From NCBI GenBank assembly GCA_964270895.1, contig OZ185439.1: a stretch of 64,000 nucleotides of DNA; one strand, 5' to 3'. The notes beneath the pieces were generated by a model that saw only the letters and a program-made list of their open reading frames with translations, was not told the origin of the DNA and did not search any database. This DNA is from Podarcis filfolensis. Its lineage: Eukaryota. Shown here in pieces: positions 1-13,150 of this stretch (within the stretch, counting starts at the first letter, position 1; every line of letters starts with the position of its first letter). Both the position numbers and the translations under genes were made by a program.

Positions 1-3000
1 TAAGTTTATAACATTTTAGCCACTACATATGTGTGTGGAAGGAAAAGTGATCACTTGACGATAGCTACCTACCCCTTCACTCCTCCCCCCTTAAGCACTG
101 TGCCTCAAGTATTCATACATAAAACAGTCACCCAAATTCATCAATAGTATCAGTTTCACAGTTTGCTTAGCCTGCATGATTGAAAAGGATCTTAGCACAC
201 ATGTGCTTTGTATTGTATTCCGCTTCAGTAAGAAAACACTACAATAGAAAAACTGGATGCTATGGAACAGGCAGCATTAAGATAACATTTTCTCTGAAAT
301 ACTACAGCAAGCACAGCTAGCAGCAGCACCGATATATGCCAGGTTGTCTAAAAAATTGCCATTATAAGGACTTCTTTTTTCATTGCTGGAGTTTGCTTGA
401 CAGCCTTCTGAGATATAGTATTGTATGTCTTTCCCTAGGCGGTTATTATATCCTGATGGTGGGATATAAATAGCTGCAATTGCAACATTAGGTTTTTTCA
501 GTCAGAAAAGTTAGAGCCTTCTTTATTTATATGTATATAGGCTGCTTTTTCACCTGAAATTTTTCAAAGGGGCTAGACAACCATGAAAATTTGATCCACT
601 AAAAACACAAAGAAGCAGAACAGAATAGCAGTAAAACCACTACTAAGGAGCCGGGAGGTGGGGGGGGGGATACTTTAAGGAATCATCTGATCATTTTAAC
701 AGACTCATAAAACCCTAAAAGGAGTGTCCCACTTCTCTTAAACCAACACCTGCTTCCTCCCCCACAATCCTTCAGCTCCAGCAGTGAAGATCTGCCCCTC
801 CACAGGACTAACTATGACAATTCAGAGAAAACTGAGAAGAATAAGCATTTGGTCTGGCAAACAAGTAGGATGGCCACTTAAACTACGCTCCCGCAGAAAG
901 AAAAAAAAGATGCATCATTAAAAAGGAAGACAAAAAGAGAGCATAGATTGCATGTGCTAATTTATACGTACAGATGTACTGTAATTTAAATAGAAATAAA
1001 ATACATCTTAGAGTAGAGGGAAGGTCTGTGACCAGTGTGCCTGCTCGGTCTGGGCTCTTTATGAACACAGACTTTGGGCATTTGTTTCAGCTAAGGCTTG
1101 GTCTACATGCACAGCAAAATGACCAGGCAGAATCCTGAGGCAGTGAACACTATGACCTGTGAGTTGTAGAAAGCAGTAGACTTTACTACAACAAGTATGG
1201 GATATCATTTTGAATATTCCCCCATGTTTTGAAAAAAACTCATTTTAAGTTAAAAAAAAAAATCAAGCAAACTTGGCCATGAGGTGGAAACACTCCTTGC
1301 TGTGCCGGCTTTCTAATTGCAAGTTTATTATTTTTAAAAACAGGGAATATTCAGAAATGTCACCCACCCGAACTGTCACCTTCCCAAACCCCTCTCCCGC
1401 TGAGCTTTCATCAACTGGTTTGGTTTCTGTGACAGTCAAAGAAAGTTGTACGCTTGTGCTTCAAAGTGCAGTGTGGGAATAATCAATGTGGTTGTCTCCA
1501 GATGTTGTTTGACTACAGTTCCCATCATCCCTGACCACTGGCCATGCTGGCTGTGGATGATGGGAATTGTAGTCCAGTAACACTCAGGCCGCAAAGGGGG
1601 TGACCCGGGGAACGTACCAAGGTCCAGACAGAGAAGCCTGATGCGCTACTATCAGCCTCCCTGACCTGTGGTTCTAAACCTTGGCTTACAGTGTCAAACT
1701 AACACTAGGAGACTCAAATCTCCACCCAGTCACATCAGTGACCTGGGGCCAGTCACTATCTCAGCATAACTGACCTCAGGGTTCCTGCGAAGATACAAAT
1801 GGCAGTGGAAGCATGCATACCACTTGGAGACTCCTTATTCGAAGAAATAAAAATATAGATGCAATAAATAATAGTAGTAGTAATTCTAGAACTTCTTTGC
1901 AGGTTATATTTGCAGCAATATCACCTGCAGAAAGGGAGCAAGTGAGCCAGACACAGGTTTACCACTTCAGTAAGGGCTAAGCCTTCAGAGGCCAGAACTC
2001 CTGCAGTGAAACTGGGGGCTAATCGGCTATTTTAAGGCCACTCCAGAAGCTAATAATGTAGTGATCAGCATAAATGTACAAAAGGTCCCAGCTTCAGAAA
2101 CAAATCTTCTACTCCCAAGTGCAATGAAGTTAATCAGTTATCACAGTGAGCTTCAGGAATTTGTATTATTGAAATATCTGAAAGACATTAACAACGGTAT
2201 TTATTACAGGGGAATATGGCCTTCTGTTACCCTGCTAATTCCTGGCACAACTCTACATGGTTCAAAAGATTATTAGATTAGATGACTAAGATACTATACT
2301 ACAACCAAGACAGGATTTTCCGTCATGGAAAGACTTTCCGCCCACAGTATTGATGTTCTACCTAGATGTATTTGTCTGAAAGAGAATGTAATCTACACGG
2401 CAAGAATTATTAAATTAGGATACCCTTTCCACTTCTGTCATTTTCTTAACAATAATAAAATACTGTAATAACACCTTCAAAAAGCAGAGAATGGTTTTAG
2501 TTAAGTATTTAAAATTTGAAAAGAGCTGGATAAAGCATTTTATTAGAGATCCTCAAAGCCCTTTAATGTGTACAAAATATTTTATCTGTGGGTTCAAGGA
2601 AAATTACTATAAAAGGAGAATTCCCTGGATGTCGAGATCCAGGTTGGGGACAAGTACTCTTTGGTGAAAAAACCCCAACAGAGATTTAATATACGCTATT
2701 AGATCTTCCAAAATTTCCCATTGCCCCTTGCATAGGAAAAAATACACACACTTTGGTAAATTAAAGATTGGTTTACTTAAAAATTCTTTGAAGATCCGAT
2801 CCATATGCTTCAGAAAATTGCTCAGCCCTTGAAACCTGGCTTAGTTACAAAGTGGTGAATGTTCCTAAATTATTGGTATAGCAACACGAGAATGGCTTGT
2901 GAGAGCCATGCAGCTAAGCTGGAGCAACCAACTTACACCTCTTCACACACTGAGCTGCTCAAGTAGACTGGGGTAGAACAAAGCCTTGATTACCTAGTTC

Positions 3001-3194
3001 CTCCCAAGATGAGGGGAACTGGACATAGCTAAGCCTGACAGTTTACTTTATGGTATTAACTCCTTCTTGCCCTAATTAGACTTTAGCAACTTGGTGATAG
3101 GACGCTTACCCTATAAGCATTTTGTGTACCACTCATTACTCTGAAAAACACTTGTAACATTCACTTGCCCATTCGCTAGACTGGGCTGCAACAA

Positions 3195-3425
3195 GAGCCA
3201 TTGTGGATTAATGGTCAGAGTGTTGGACTAGGGCCTGGGAGACTGGGTTTAAAATCCAAACTTGACTGTGAGGCTCATTGGGTGTCCTTGGGCCAGTCTC
3301 TGCCTCTCAGCCTAACCAAACCCACACCCAGTTGGAGGGATTAAATGAGGAGGGGGAGAAAGACATACGTCACCTTGAACTCCTTGGATTAAAAGCTGGG
3401 ATAAACACAATAACTAAATAATAAA
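3195..3425 (+). mobile_element. Old MIR-like/squamate SINE
   Basis: tRNA-like head, ggccagtc..tctcagcctaacc core, gagctccttg-like tail; related relics near 1685-1872, 14765-14855, 31480-31590. Confidence 0.65.
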
Positions 3426-4471
3426 AATAATTACCGATCTGGTAACACTACATGTGAATGGGCTGATCACACATGTCAAATGTATTTGCATGTGCTGGGC
3501 ATCGATAGTGCAGCTGGAAATTTTTAGATTGTGGGCTTAATGGTCTGCTGTTATACTGGCACTTACATGAAAAAGCTACAGAGAGATGACACGTGAACAA
3601 CTTTTCCCACATTAAGGGGAACTTGTTTTAAAGGTCCACACATTTCTGATCATTCATTCATAAAATACCTTAGGGGAATGCAGCACTCCCTCCTTTGGTT
3701 CCCTTATCTCTAAATGTTGCACACTTTGCTGTAACATGCGCAACTGTTCTCTTCACAAAAGGATGAGTCTTCAAATTCTATTCTGTAATCCCCTGCTAGC
3801 AGAGACAAGGAGAACCACAGAAATAGTGCACTCAGCTCTCTTGGGGATGCAGGACCTCATGTTACTCTCTTTCTCTCTCTCTCTTGACCTACTTTGGGAA
3901 ACAACAGTAGCGGCATTGACAGGCTGTGATCAAGAAACTGCCATAGGGAGTGCACGGAGGGATCATAGTGGGGAAGTAGATGTAACAGATACAAAAGAGA
4001 CGGGTAGGGTGGAAACATCTGTGGTTCATAATAGAGCATGAAGCTTCTAGCAAGAAAACGTGTCTATAAATGTAAAGCTATTAGGAAAATTACAGGCTAA
4101 CATTTCTAAACAGAGTGATTTTGGTGAAGAACACATTTGGCAGCAAAATTAAAGGATTCCAGAAGCAGTGATAAAAGAAAAAAAGCTTGAGATAAAGGGA
4201 AAGGATGCTAATGACAGGGGAAAGAAAGAGTGTGCAAAAGCAATTCAAAACAGTTTGCACGTTCAAGTAGAAATTACACATTGAACACATCTAATAATGT
4301 GAGCTGAAGGGCAGCGAGCCAAAATTTGAATTTATTTTTAAAGGACTGAATTACTCAGCAGTTCATATATAATTGTACTGATGTCAGCACATCTGAAAAC
4401 TTTCCAATGTGTACTGTGGCTTCTTTTCGGTTGAAAAAGTCTTTCACGCTTGTGCTACAGTCTTAAAAGTA

Positions 4472-5651
4472 CCGTATTTTTCGCTCGATAACACGCACCT
4501 GACCATAACACACACATCGTTTTTAGAGGAGGAAAACAAGGGAAAAAACATTCTGAATGAAACAGTGGATGTATCATTTTTGTGCTTCATGCTGTGGCCA
4601 CAGACATGTGATCTGATGGTGAATTTGGGGTGACCCAATGCAAAAATCCTGAGAATCCCTGTGGATCCATGCTTTGTAACCACGTTTTTGCACCATTGCA
4701 GCCCCAGGCAACAGTGGGTGTGTGATTTTGGGGGGGGCAGGCTGTAGCCATGGACATGCTATGTGCTCTGATGGTGAATTTGGGGTGACCCAATGCAAAG
4801 ATCCTGAGGATCCATGTTTTGTAACCACGTTTTTGCACCATTGCAGCCCCAGGCAACAGTGGGTGCGTGATTTGGGGGGGGCAGGCTGTAGCCATGGACA
4901 TGCTATGTGATCTGATGGTGAATTTGGGGTGACCCAATGCAAAGATCCTGAGGATCCATGTGGATCCATGCTTTTTAACCACATTTTTGCACCATTGCAG
5001 CCCCAGGCAACAGTGGGTGTGTGATTTTTGGGGGGCAGGCTGTAGCCATGGACATGCTATGTGATCTGATGGTGAATTTGGGGTGACCCAATGCAAAGAT
5101 CCTGAGGATCCATGTGGATCCATGCTTTTTAACCACATTTTAAGTGGGGAAGGAAGGAAAAATACAGAATGGACAAGGAGCACGAGAGGGGTGTGCAGAG
5201 AAGCAGCTGGCTAAGAATGCAGGAGAGGGGTATAACGGGAGGGAGGAAAGGAAGGCAAAAGTTTTCCCTCACCTACCCACCCAAGCCAGCCAGCTCTCTC
5301 TCTCTCTCTCTCCCTCCTGCATGTTTTCAGCAGCACCGGAGCACAGAGACGACACTCTGCTTTCCCCTCTGCTTGCCTGGAGGGGAGGGGCTTTCCCTGC
5401 TCTTTGTTCCGTTTGAGCAAACACAGCAAGGAAACAGAGGGGGGTGGGCAGTAAGACCCTGAGGCAGAATGCAGGAAAGCAGCCACTTCCTCTTTTCAGG
5501 TTTCCCTTCTCCGAGACGCGCGATTTGATTTTTGCCTGATTTTTTTTGCCATTTGGCTCCAGGGACCACACATTCGCTCAATAACACGCACAGACATTTC
5601 CCCTTCCTTTTTAGGAGAAAAAATCTGCGTGTTATAGAGGGAAAAATACGG
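4472..5651. mobile_element. Non-autonomous Tc1/mariner-type element (CCGTATTTTT termini, TA target duplication), 1180 bp, with internal tandem array
   Basis: ta|ccgtatttttcg ... gaaaaatacgg|ta; end modules match the copy at 19017-19276. Confidence 0.85.
4608..5141. repeat. About 3.5 copies of a 144-155 bp tandem unit
   Basis: gtgatctgatggtgaatttggggtgacccaatgc (one copy gtgctc) recurs at 4608, 4763, 4907, 5061. Confidence 0.95.
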
Positions 5652-6059
5652 TAGTTGAATGCCACTCCTCAAAATTACTTGCCTTGTTACAGAAATTGCT
5701 TATCAGTCTTGTCTGTAATTGAACTCCCTCAAAGAAAAAGATTGTACTAGTACTGAATATTCTCTATCAATTCTTTATCAAAACCACTTAACAGTGTACC
5801 CACACTTTAATCTGAAACGCAACTCTATAGGACTCAGGCCCTGAACCCATTTCCAATACTGGGGCTCACACTGGGACAGTGTAGGCACTCTGAGCACACA
5901 CAAAGGACATTCTAAGCCAGACTGTTATTTGACACAGCAGTAGGTTATTTTAGCAGCATCACTGAAACAACCTGTGATGTTAGCGGGAGTCCTCAGAATC
6001 TGTTATAACCAAGTACACATATAGAATCCAGTGCTTCCACATCAGGTCCACTTGCCTCC

Positions 6060-6290
6060 AGGCTATGATTTATTGATTTATATCCCACCTTGCCTCCAAG
6101 GAGCTCAAGGTAGTGTACATAGTTCTCCTCCTCATTTTATTCTCACACAACCCTGTGAAGTAAGCTAGGCTGAGAGTGAGTGACTGGCCCAAGATCCTAC
6201 AGCGAGCTTCATGGCTGATTACGGATTTGAACTCTGGTTTCCCAGGTCCTAGCTCAACACTCCCAACTACTGCACCGCAAGTGTGAACTC
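6060..6290 (-). mobile_element. Old MIR-like/squamate SINE
   Basis: Reverse complement of the same consensus (caaccctgtgaagtaagctaggctgagagtgagtgactggcccaag). Confidence 0.7.
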
Positions 6291-8164
6291 TGGCACTTCC
6301 TATTTTCCAGACTAAGTGGTGCTTGACCCTTATATCATTCTGCTGTACTAAAGCCCTACCTCTTGGATCCTGAAGAGTCACCAATATTCTTTATCCTACC
6401 CTTCTCCCAAGGAGCTCAGGACAGTGTACATTCTTCTTTCCCACCACCAATTCTCTCAACAATCCCGCAAGAATGAATCCACCAAGAGATAAGCCCACTT
6501 CAGAAGCGACCTACCACAAGTTCTAAGAACAAGTGGAGGGAGAAGCAGGGTCATGCCTGATGGACATCCTGTTGGCTCCATCCAAAGACTGCATTTGGTT
6601 GAATGCATATAAACTCCTCCATAGGACTGGGAACCCAACAGAAGCAGGCACTCTCCCTACTACATGTATCCCTGGAATTCATGGGATAACATCAGAAGGG
6701 GACTATAGTGACAGGTTCAGTGTCACCAGTGAGTTTAATGAATGGGGCTTCAAAGCTGGGTTACCCTTAGCAGAGTCTGGCACTCTATCCTCACCACCAT
6801 ATTTGTCAGTTCATCTCTCAAGCATCTGTACTATAAACTTATATTTAGTTTAGGGTGTTTCCAAACTGATGTTTATTCTGGGTTTGGTGCACTCCCCCCC
6901 CCCCCGCCCCAGTGTCCACATCATTGGCATCAAAATTAAGTATATTAAAAAAGGATATTGACAACTACCTGTTTGCAATATCTGAATGACACATTTGCAA
7001 TATTAAGCACCCATGGTGCCATCAAATATGACATCCTTAAGAGCCTGCAATTCTAGTCACAGTTACTTGGGAATAAGTTTGATTGAACTCAATGAGAGTT
7101 CCAAACAGCCTTGTGCTACAGTTAGGTAAAGTGCTGAAAAAACTCTGTTATATATCTTTACTGCCTCCCCTATTCCCTCCCTTTTCCCACACAAAATTAC
7201 AAGTATCAGAGTCTTCTGGGAAGAGGGAATGGATGTGGAACTAGTTTAAGTTTATTGTATAAATATGCCCTTGGAATTAATTGGAACAGCTCAAGTTAAA
7301 ACCTGAAACAGCTTGTGACGCAAAATGTAGCATTCAGGTATATACCACCTTTTTGTTAAACAAGTTTATTGCTTTATTATAGTTACTGCCCAATATACAA
7401 AGCTATTAAGTAGGCAAATTAATTCTGAAAAACTGACATTGACAGTGGAACAGATTTATTTGGCCTGCACTTACGGCTAGTAATAGTAACTATATCTGGT
7501 TAAAGTTTCCTAGGCTGCCCTTCATCACACAAGTTGTTTAAATATTGCAGAGACTTAATGCATCCACAAATCCTTCTTATGTCTTACTGACAGAATCTTC
7601 CTCTTTCTATTTAATTTTAGAAACATGTATAAGGTCAGAATTCCTCACAGTTAAAGAAGAACAAGTAGGAAACAATGTGGCAATTTTCAGCAGTAGTAAA
7701 CAGGCATATTACTGTAAAAAGGATAGTCACTATTGTCCAACCGGATCAATAAGGATCAAAAGTGAACTAATGCTCAAATAGAGTGATGAGCAATTACGTA
7801 ACTCAGAGAGACACTCGAAAACAAAACATGCAAAGCTCACACAGAAGGCCAGTTTACTAAATACGCATTGCAAATATACAGTATCATAAGATAAGAGAAG
7901 TTTCCTTGCCCCTCCACCCAAAAAGTTTCTCCAGAGAAGCCGGAGAGGCCCTCCTGAACATTGTGGCATAGGCTCTGTGGGCAGAGGTCCTCCCAGTTTG
8001 CAAGAGATTCCTTCTTCCCCAGCAGCTCTGCACAGATCTTATCCCACGTTGTTCAGGCTCCCTGACCCCTAGGGTTCACAAGGCAGCAGTGGGAAGGAAG
8101 GAATGGAAAAATTTCCTCCCATGAATTTCCTTTAGTTAATTTACCTTAGGATCCAAGCCATTGA

Positions 8165-8570
8165 ATTATATTCTAGAGCTGGAAAGCATCTGGAAAAAAG
8201 GAACTAAAACGATCAAGGGGCTGGAGCAACCCCCTATTGGGAAAGGCTATAACTTTTGATGCATTTTAGTTTAAAACAAAAAAGTTATGGACATGATTGT
8301 GCTGTGCAAGATTGTGTATGTTGTGCAGAAGGTTGACGGCTTTCTCCCTCTCTCAAAATACTAGGATCATCAAATGAAGCTGAATGTTGCAAGATTTAGG
8401 ACAGACAAAAGAAGTACCCTTCATTTTTGGAGGGGAAAAAGTGTGTCCTATAGGGCGAAAAATACGGTACTTCTTTACACTGTGTATAGTTAACTATGGA
8501 ATTCCCTTCCACATGTTGCAGTAATGGCCACCAACTAAGACAGCTTTAAAAGGGTTTAGACAGCTTTATC
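8165..8570 (+). mobile_element. Degraded CR1 LINE ORF2 3' fragment
   Basis: Decayed match to CR1 C-terminal motifs (KRATKMIKGLEQ, MKLNVGRFRTDKRKYFFT, LWNSLP, FKRGLD). Confidence 0.8.
8417..8467. mobile_element. 51-bp one-ended remnant of the CCGTA MITE family inside CR1
   Basis: gaagTA|ccc...gaaaaatacgg|TActtc interrupts CR1 agaagtacttc; nearly identical to 29001-29051. Confidence 0.8.
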
Positions 8571-9559
8571 CTCCACAAATTTGTCAATGAGAGGTGGGTC
8601 ACTTATTTCAAGCCATTATCAGCATGTGCCTAAGTCTTTGGATGATCATAACCTACATGCATATTCAGGCAGAGATCCCGAGGTAAGTTATTTGCTGCTA
8701 AATTATCAACAATATCTTACTGAGGATGGTAAAACAAGGGAAATTTAGGCCAGAAAAACAAGGATGAAATCTTAATCCAATATAAATAATCAATAAGGCT
8801 GTTATAGACTTCATGCAGCTACAGATAACACAAATCATTTCCTGTTTCCTATTCCATATTTATTTTCTCTTATCCTTGCCTATTTAGCTAAATGGTTGGC
8901 TTACGTTTCACAACAGGATGAGGCATTGGTGTAATATGATAAATGCTGGCCTCCATCTCCCATCAGCCCCAGTCAGCATGACCAATCATCAGACATGGAA
9001 GTTACAGTTCAGCAACATCTGGAGGGCCATAGGCACCCCAGCTAAGCTCTAAACACACTCCTTTCAGTTCATCACTCCAAGTTCTAAGTGAAATACTGAT
9101 TACAGGTTGTTCTGAACAGATTATATATAAACACACAAGCACAGCACAATACATAAAGCAGTGCGATCAAAGGTGAGCTACCTAGCCCATTAGGCTGACA
9201 CTTTAATTACCATATATGGATGCAATTGCCAGTGATCACACTTGTTATCAAGAACAGCCAAGTACCCAAGGGAATAGATATTTTCTGAACTCTTGCAAAC
9301 ACATGCATCTGCTACTTCTCTTGCATATATATTCATACTTTATTGCTTTAATTGGTCCTTCCTTTAAGCATAGATGAAGTAAACTAACCTTCTACATCAA
9401 ATACTAATACTATACTGCTGAATGCAGGAAGTGTTAGTTTAACATATATATGAAGCTGTTGGGAACATTTAGAGATTTTTGACATTGAGTGGTATATAAA
9501 TGCTTTAAAATAATTAAGCAAACAGGCAGTTATTTGGAGATTTGAGCAAGCTGTCATCT

Positions 9560-10170
9560 GTAAGTTGATGACAATTAATTTTATTTTTCTGTACCGAGTT
9601 AGGCAAGACTGAGCAGGTCTTGGACCAGCGCTTAGATGCTGACACTGGAAAATGAATTCTCATAATACAGAAGCCCTGTGGGCAGGTAGTTCCTAGGTTT
9701 GAAGCAACAGCTGCATAGGCTTGATGTGCTCTTAGAGCCATTGTTGTCATTAGAGGCTCAAGTAGTCTCCAGGGCAAGGACTGCCTTTTACTGTTGCTGG
9801 CTGGTTTTCTAGCCATGGCCATTCTGAAGAGGTAGAACCTTACCACAGTGATCCACAAACTGGTAACCTCAAGACTGGACTACTGTAATTAAGTCTGTGT
9901 GGGATTGCCCTTGACTTTGGTTTGGAAGTTGCAGCAAAGCTTCTCTCCGGAGTGACTTACTGCGAATGTATAACACCAGTTCTGAAGAACTGTACTGGGT
10001 GCCTATGTGCTACGAAACCTGCTTTCAAATACTTGCATTGACTTACAACCCCCTATATAATTTGGGTCGTGGGTACCTGAGAGAATGCCTTCTTATGCTA
10101 GCCTGGAAGGGGCAAAAGAAAATACCTCTGCCACACCAGCTCCCAGGTGCTGCTACATGAGGGCAGTAGA
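9560..10170 (+). mobile_element. Degraded L2 LINE ORF2 fragment
   Basis: Reads LLSLEAQVVSRARTAFY, TVIHKLVTSRLDYCN and LHWLP-like L2 C-terminal motifs, with stops. Confidence 0.75.
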
Positions 10171-10482
10171 CCTAGCTTCAGAATCCAGCTAATAGAGGAT
10201 GCCAGTCCAACCTCTCCCCTAAAACTCCTTATTTTGACAGGTGGGGATACAGGCGACAGCAGCTTCTGCACACTGTAGTGCTCTTCACCAGTGGGGTTTC
10301 CCCACTGGCAACCAAATTCCCCAGCCAGTGGAGCTGGCAGATCTGGATAAAGAGACACCCATGCCTCATCCATACCCCTTCCAGCACAATGGGTCAGAAG
10401 TTATTGTTCTGTAACACAAGAAAATGAGCCCCAGAGTGCCAGTTGCAGTAACAGCTCATGAGTGAACTATTTCCTTCCTGGC

Positions 10483-10608
10483 CATGGGCGTGGCCGGGAT
10501 TTTTGTTAGTGGGGCAGGCCCTTTGTTAGGGGGGACAGGCCCATAGTTAGCTATGTATTTTTATTGATTTGGGGGGGCAGCTGTCCCCCCCCCCCGGCTA
10601 CACCCATG
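10483..10608. mobile_element. hAT-type MITE
   Basis: TIR catgggcgtggcc/ggctacacccatg; 8-bp TSD ttcctggc/tccctggc. Confidence 0.7.
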
Positions 10609-11409
10609 TCCCTGGCTCAAACAAAACTTGTTCTATTTTTCTATATTTTCCCCACCATCAACTTCCATGCCTCCCTAAGAACATCTTCCTTCTGGTTTTG
10701 AGAACCAATGCTATCAATTCTCACAATGTGTTGTCAGTCAGCATTCAGAAAGTTAGTTTAGCATGTTCCTGAACCATATTAGTTACGTACTTAAAACTGT
10801 TCAGAAAACCATAAGGATATTTGAGAATTTCCAGAATGCTTGTGTATTGGTTCTCTCCAGTCTACGGCACTGCATTAATTTTTCATACTCGTCCATTCCT
10901 ATCGTATACAATAAGCATCAAGATAGATCCTGAGGTTAAGCAGCGCTCATTTCCTCTCCAACGATCGAACACTGCAGGAAAAGAAAAGTAACATTGCTGC
11001 ACCTGAAAGTCTGGAAATATCCCAATTCTTCCATATGATCTCAGACACACTTTTGATCTTTGAAAGGATCAAGGAAGGGGGGGATTGCTTTAATTCACTG
11101 CTGTAGGTAGATTTTATACGGGGGGGGGGGGGGGATCTGGGTGTGGCCAGTCATGGATGAAAAACAAATTGCCAAGAGCTCTCTCAAATGCATCCATCTT
11201 ATACCCCTGAGGACAACTGGGCCACAAACACGCTGCCTTCATCTTGTTTCCAAAGAAGTAAAAGCAGCTTCAGCAGCACTGAGGAGAAGCAGACTCGAGA
11301 AGCAGCAATTACGCAGCAAATTGCATTGCAGCTCTGCCTTCATGTAGTAACGGGGACCAACAGCAAACTATTCAGGAAATAATGAAGGGCCATATACTGA
11401 CGGTGTTAC

Positions 11410-11494
11410 CTTTTCCCCTCAGGAGGTTAAAGTTTGGTTTTAGACTGGCACTTCACCAACACCCACCCAGCCCAACTGCGCTCTTGTAATATTT
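11410..11494 (-). other. Candidate 85-nt non-coding exon, minus strand
   Basis: Minus-strand acceptor cctttcctttctctgcctctcattcttcgcgggcag|A and donor AAAAG|gtaaca; no ATG inside. Confidence 0.4.
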
Positions 11495-11839
11495 CTGCCC
11501 GCGAAGAATGAGAGGCAGAGAAAGGAAAGGCATTTTCTCTTATCCTATCCTGCCTGTGTAAAGGCACAACACAATCCCAGCCTTCTCTTGCTCTTCAGTT
11601 ACAAGCAGAATATAAAGTTCCACTCGGTTTCGTACATGACCACCTCCCTTGGTAGGAGGGGACAGTTGTTAAAGGGAGAGAGGAGAGCTGCTTTGTAAGT
11701 CAAAATGTTGCCATCCTTCCTCACACGCTCCCTACTAGGCCTGCTTACTAGACACGGGGGTTGTGCCAATTTGCAAATGGAAAAAACAAAACAAAAACTG
11801 AGCTGACAAAGCCCACAAAAGTTTCCACAATCCTAGAGA

Positions 11840-12230
11840 ACATAAACCCGGCATTTCTGAGCAGCCGCCCTGTAGTTCTAAGAAAGGAAGGATGCAAAGC
11901 CCTCTGCCCTTGGGAGAGGCCGGGGGGCGGGCGCGGGAGATGTACCTGTGAGACACCCGAGGTTCTGCGCTGCTTCCTTTGCCCGCTGCTGCAACGCGCA
12001 GTCGGATTTAGCTGCAGCTCCGATTCCAGGCGAGGTTCCTCTAAGCGCCGCAAAGTAGAGAGAACACCTGCAACCGGCCGGCAGTCGCCGCACTTGCTGA
12101 TTGGCAGCTGTAGCAGTCCATCGCCTTGCGTCCCCGGAGATGGGAGGCGGGCTTGGATCAGTAGAACGCGCTCTCGGCAAAAGGAACTGGGAGGGGATCT
12201 GTTGGCTTTGTCGTTATGGGATCAAATTCC
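11840..12230 (-). promoter_or_regulatory. CpG island / promoter of a divergent minus-strand gene (PLS1 expected from amniote synteny)
   Basis: CpG-dense; CCAAT on the minus strand (ATTGG 12100-12104); GC-box-like gggaggcggg near 12141; minus-strand donor CAG|gtacat at 11946/11945. Gene identity is a synteny inference only. Confidence 0.6.
11946..12060 (-). other. Candidate non-coding first exon of the divergent gene
   Basis: Donor CACAG|gtacat at 11946, downstream of the CCAAT and GC boxes; start coordinate is an estimate. Confidence 0.5.
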
Positions 12231-12974
12231 AGAGATTATCAGTGTGCTTTAAAAAAAAAAAAAAGAGTGAGGGCGAGATAAATTGATTATCGCAGAGTTC
12301 TGAACTGGCTACTCAGTGTTTGGTTGGCGATTTTGCACAGGTTTCTCCCCCCCCCCCCGTGCAATCCATGCGATTTAAGACGCTAAACAGTGCAATCCCA
12401 TGCACGTTTACTCAGTGGGATTTACTCTCTAAGAGGCGGGGTTTTTTTATAGTATTGCAGCCCAGGGCTACAATTCCTTGTGTACACTTGCCTGGAAGTG
12501 GAATTACTCATGAGCCAACATAGATAAGATCCTGCTGCACCACTGATTGCTTCAGTTTTGTTAAATTTATGATGCCTGAAATAAGATTTTTATATACTGT
12601 AATATTTACTATATTTTGTTATGTGTCACACAAAGTAAATAGCACTCATGATCCAGAGCATATTTTCCCGCCCAAATATTTAAACTTGAAACACACATAA
12701 AAAGGTTCTAGGTTTTCCTGCACCATGTGCTTTTATCTAGTTGTGAATTATGATACCCAGGTCCAATGAAAAAATAAACTATTGAAATACTAAGCGTAAT
12801 TATTTCTAAGTGAGTATGGTTAGGATGTGACTCCTGTCCTCAACTGTAATCCCACAGGCCATCATGTCTGAATATAAAAAGAACAGAAATCAAACCAAGG
12901 TGTCATCCCCCTATTTATTTACATCTGGAAAGAAACTGTTTTGAGTAGATTTGTACAAGCACATCGGGGATGAC

Positions 12975-13150
12975 AGTACCAGTATGGTTTTGGGATTATA
13001 CTAGGATGACCAAGGTTCAAATTCCTACTTCCCATTTCTCAGCCTATCCCACCTCACAGGGTTGTTGAGAGGATAAAATGAAGCGGAGCTGATGCATGTT
13101 CACGCTTTGAGCTCTTTGGAGGTAAGTGGGATATACCTGTAATAATAAAA
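12975..13150 (+). mobile_element. Old MIR-like/squamate SINE
   Basis: tctcagcctatcccacctcacagggttgttgagaggataaaatg core. Confidence 0.65.

Noticed and set aside
2607-2804. ORF faintly resembling an L1/Tx1 ORF2 C-terminus
   Set aside because: The diagnostic Cys/His motif is not recognisable; too weak to call.
4574-5183. Long overlapping ORFs (136 and 198 aa) and a possible CRISPR-like array
   Set aside because: The ORFs are translations of the 155-bp tandem unit. Units are contiguous with no unique spacers, there are no cas genes, and the context is eukaryotic.
6456-6638. LLVDSFLRD resembling the GDSL esterase motif of CR1 ORF1
   Set aside because: The catalytic-motif Gly is missing and there is no further similarity.
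11735-12252. 163-aa ORF and overlapping ORFs
   Set aside because: Stop-poor CpG island; no homology recognised and no resemblance to the plastin N-terminus.
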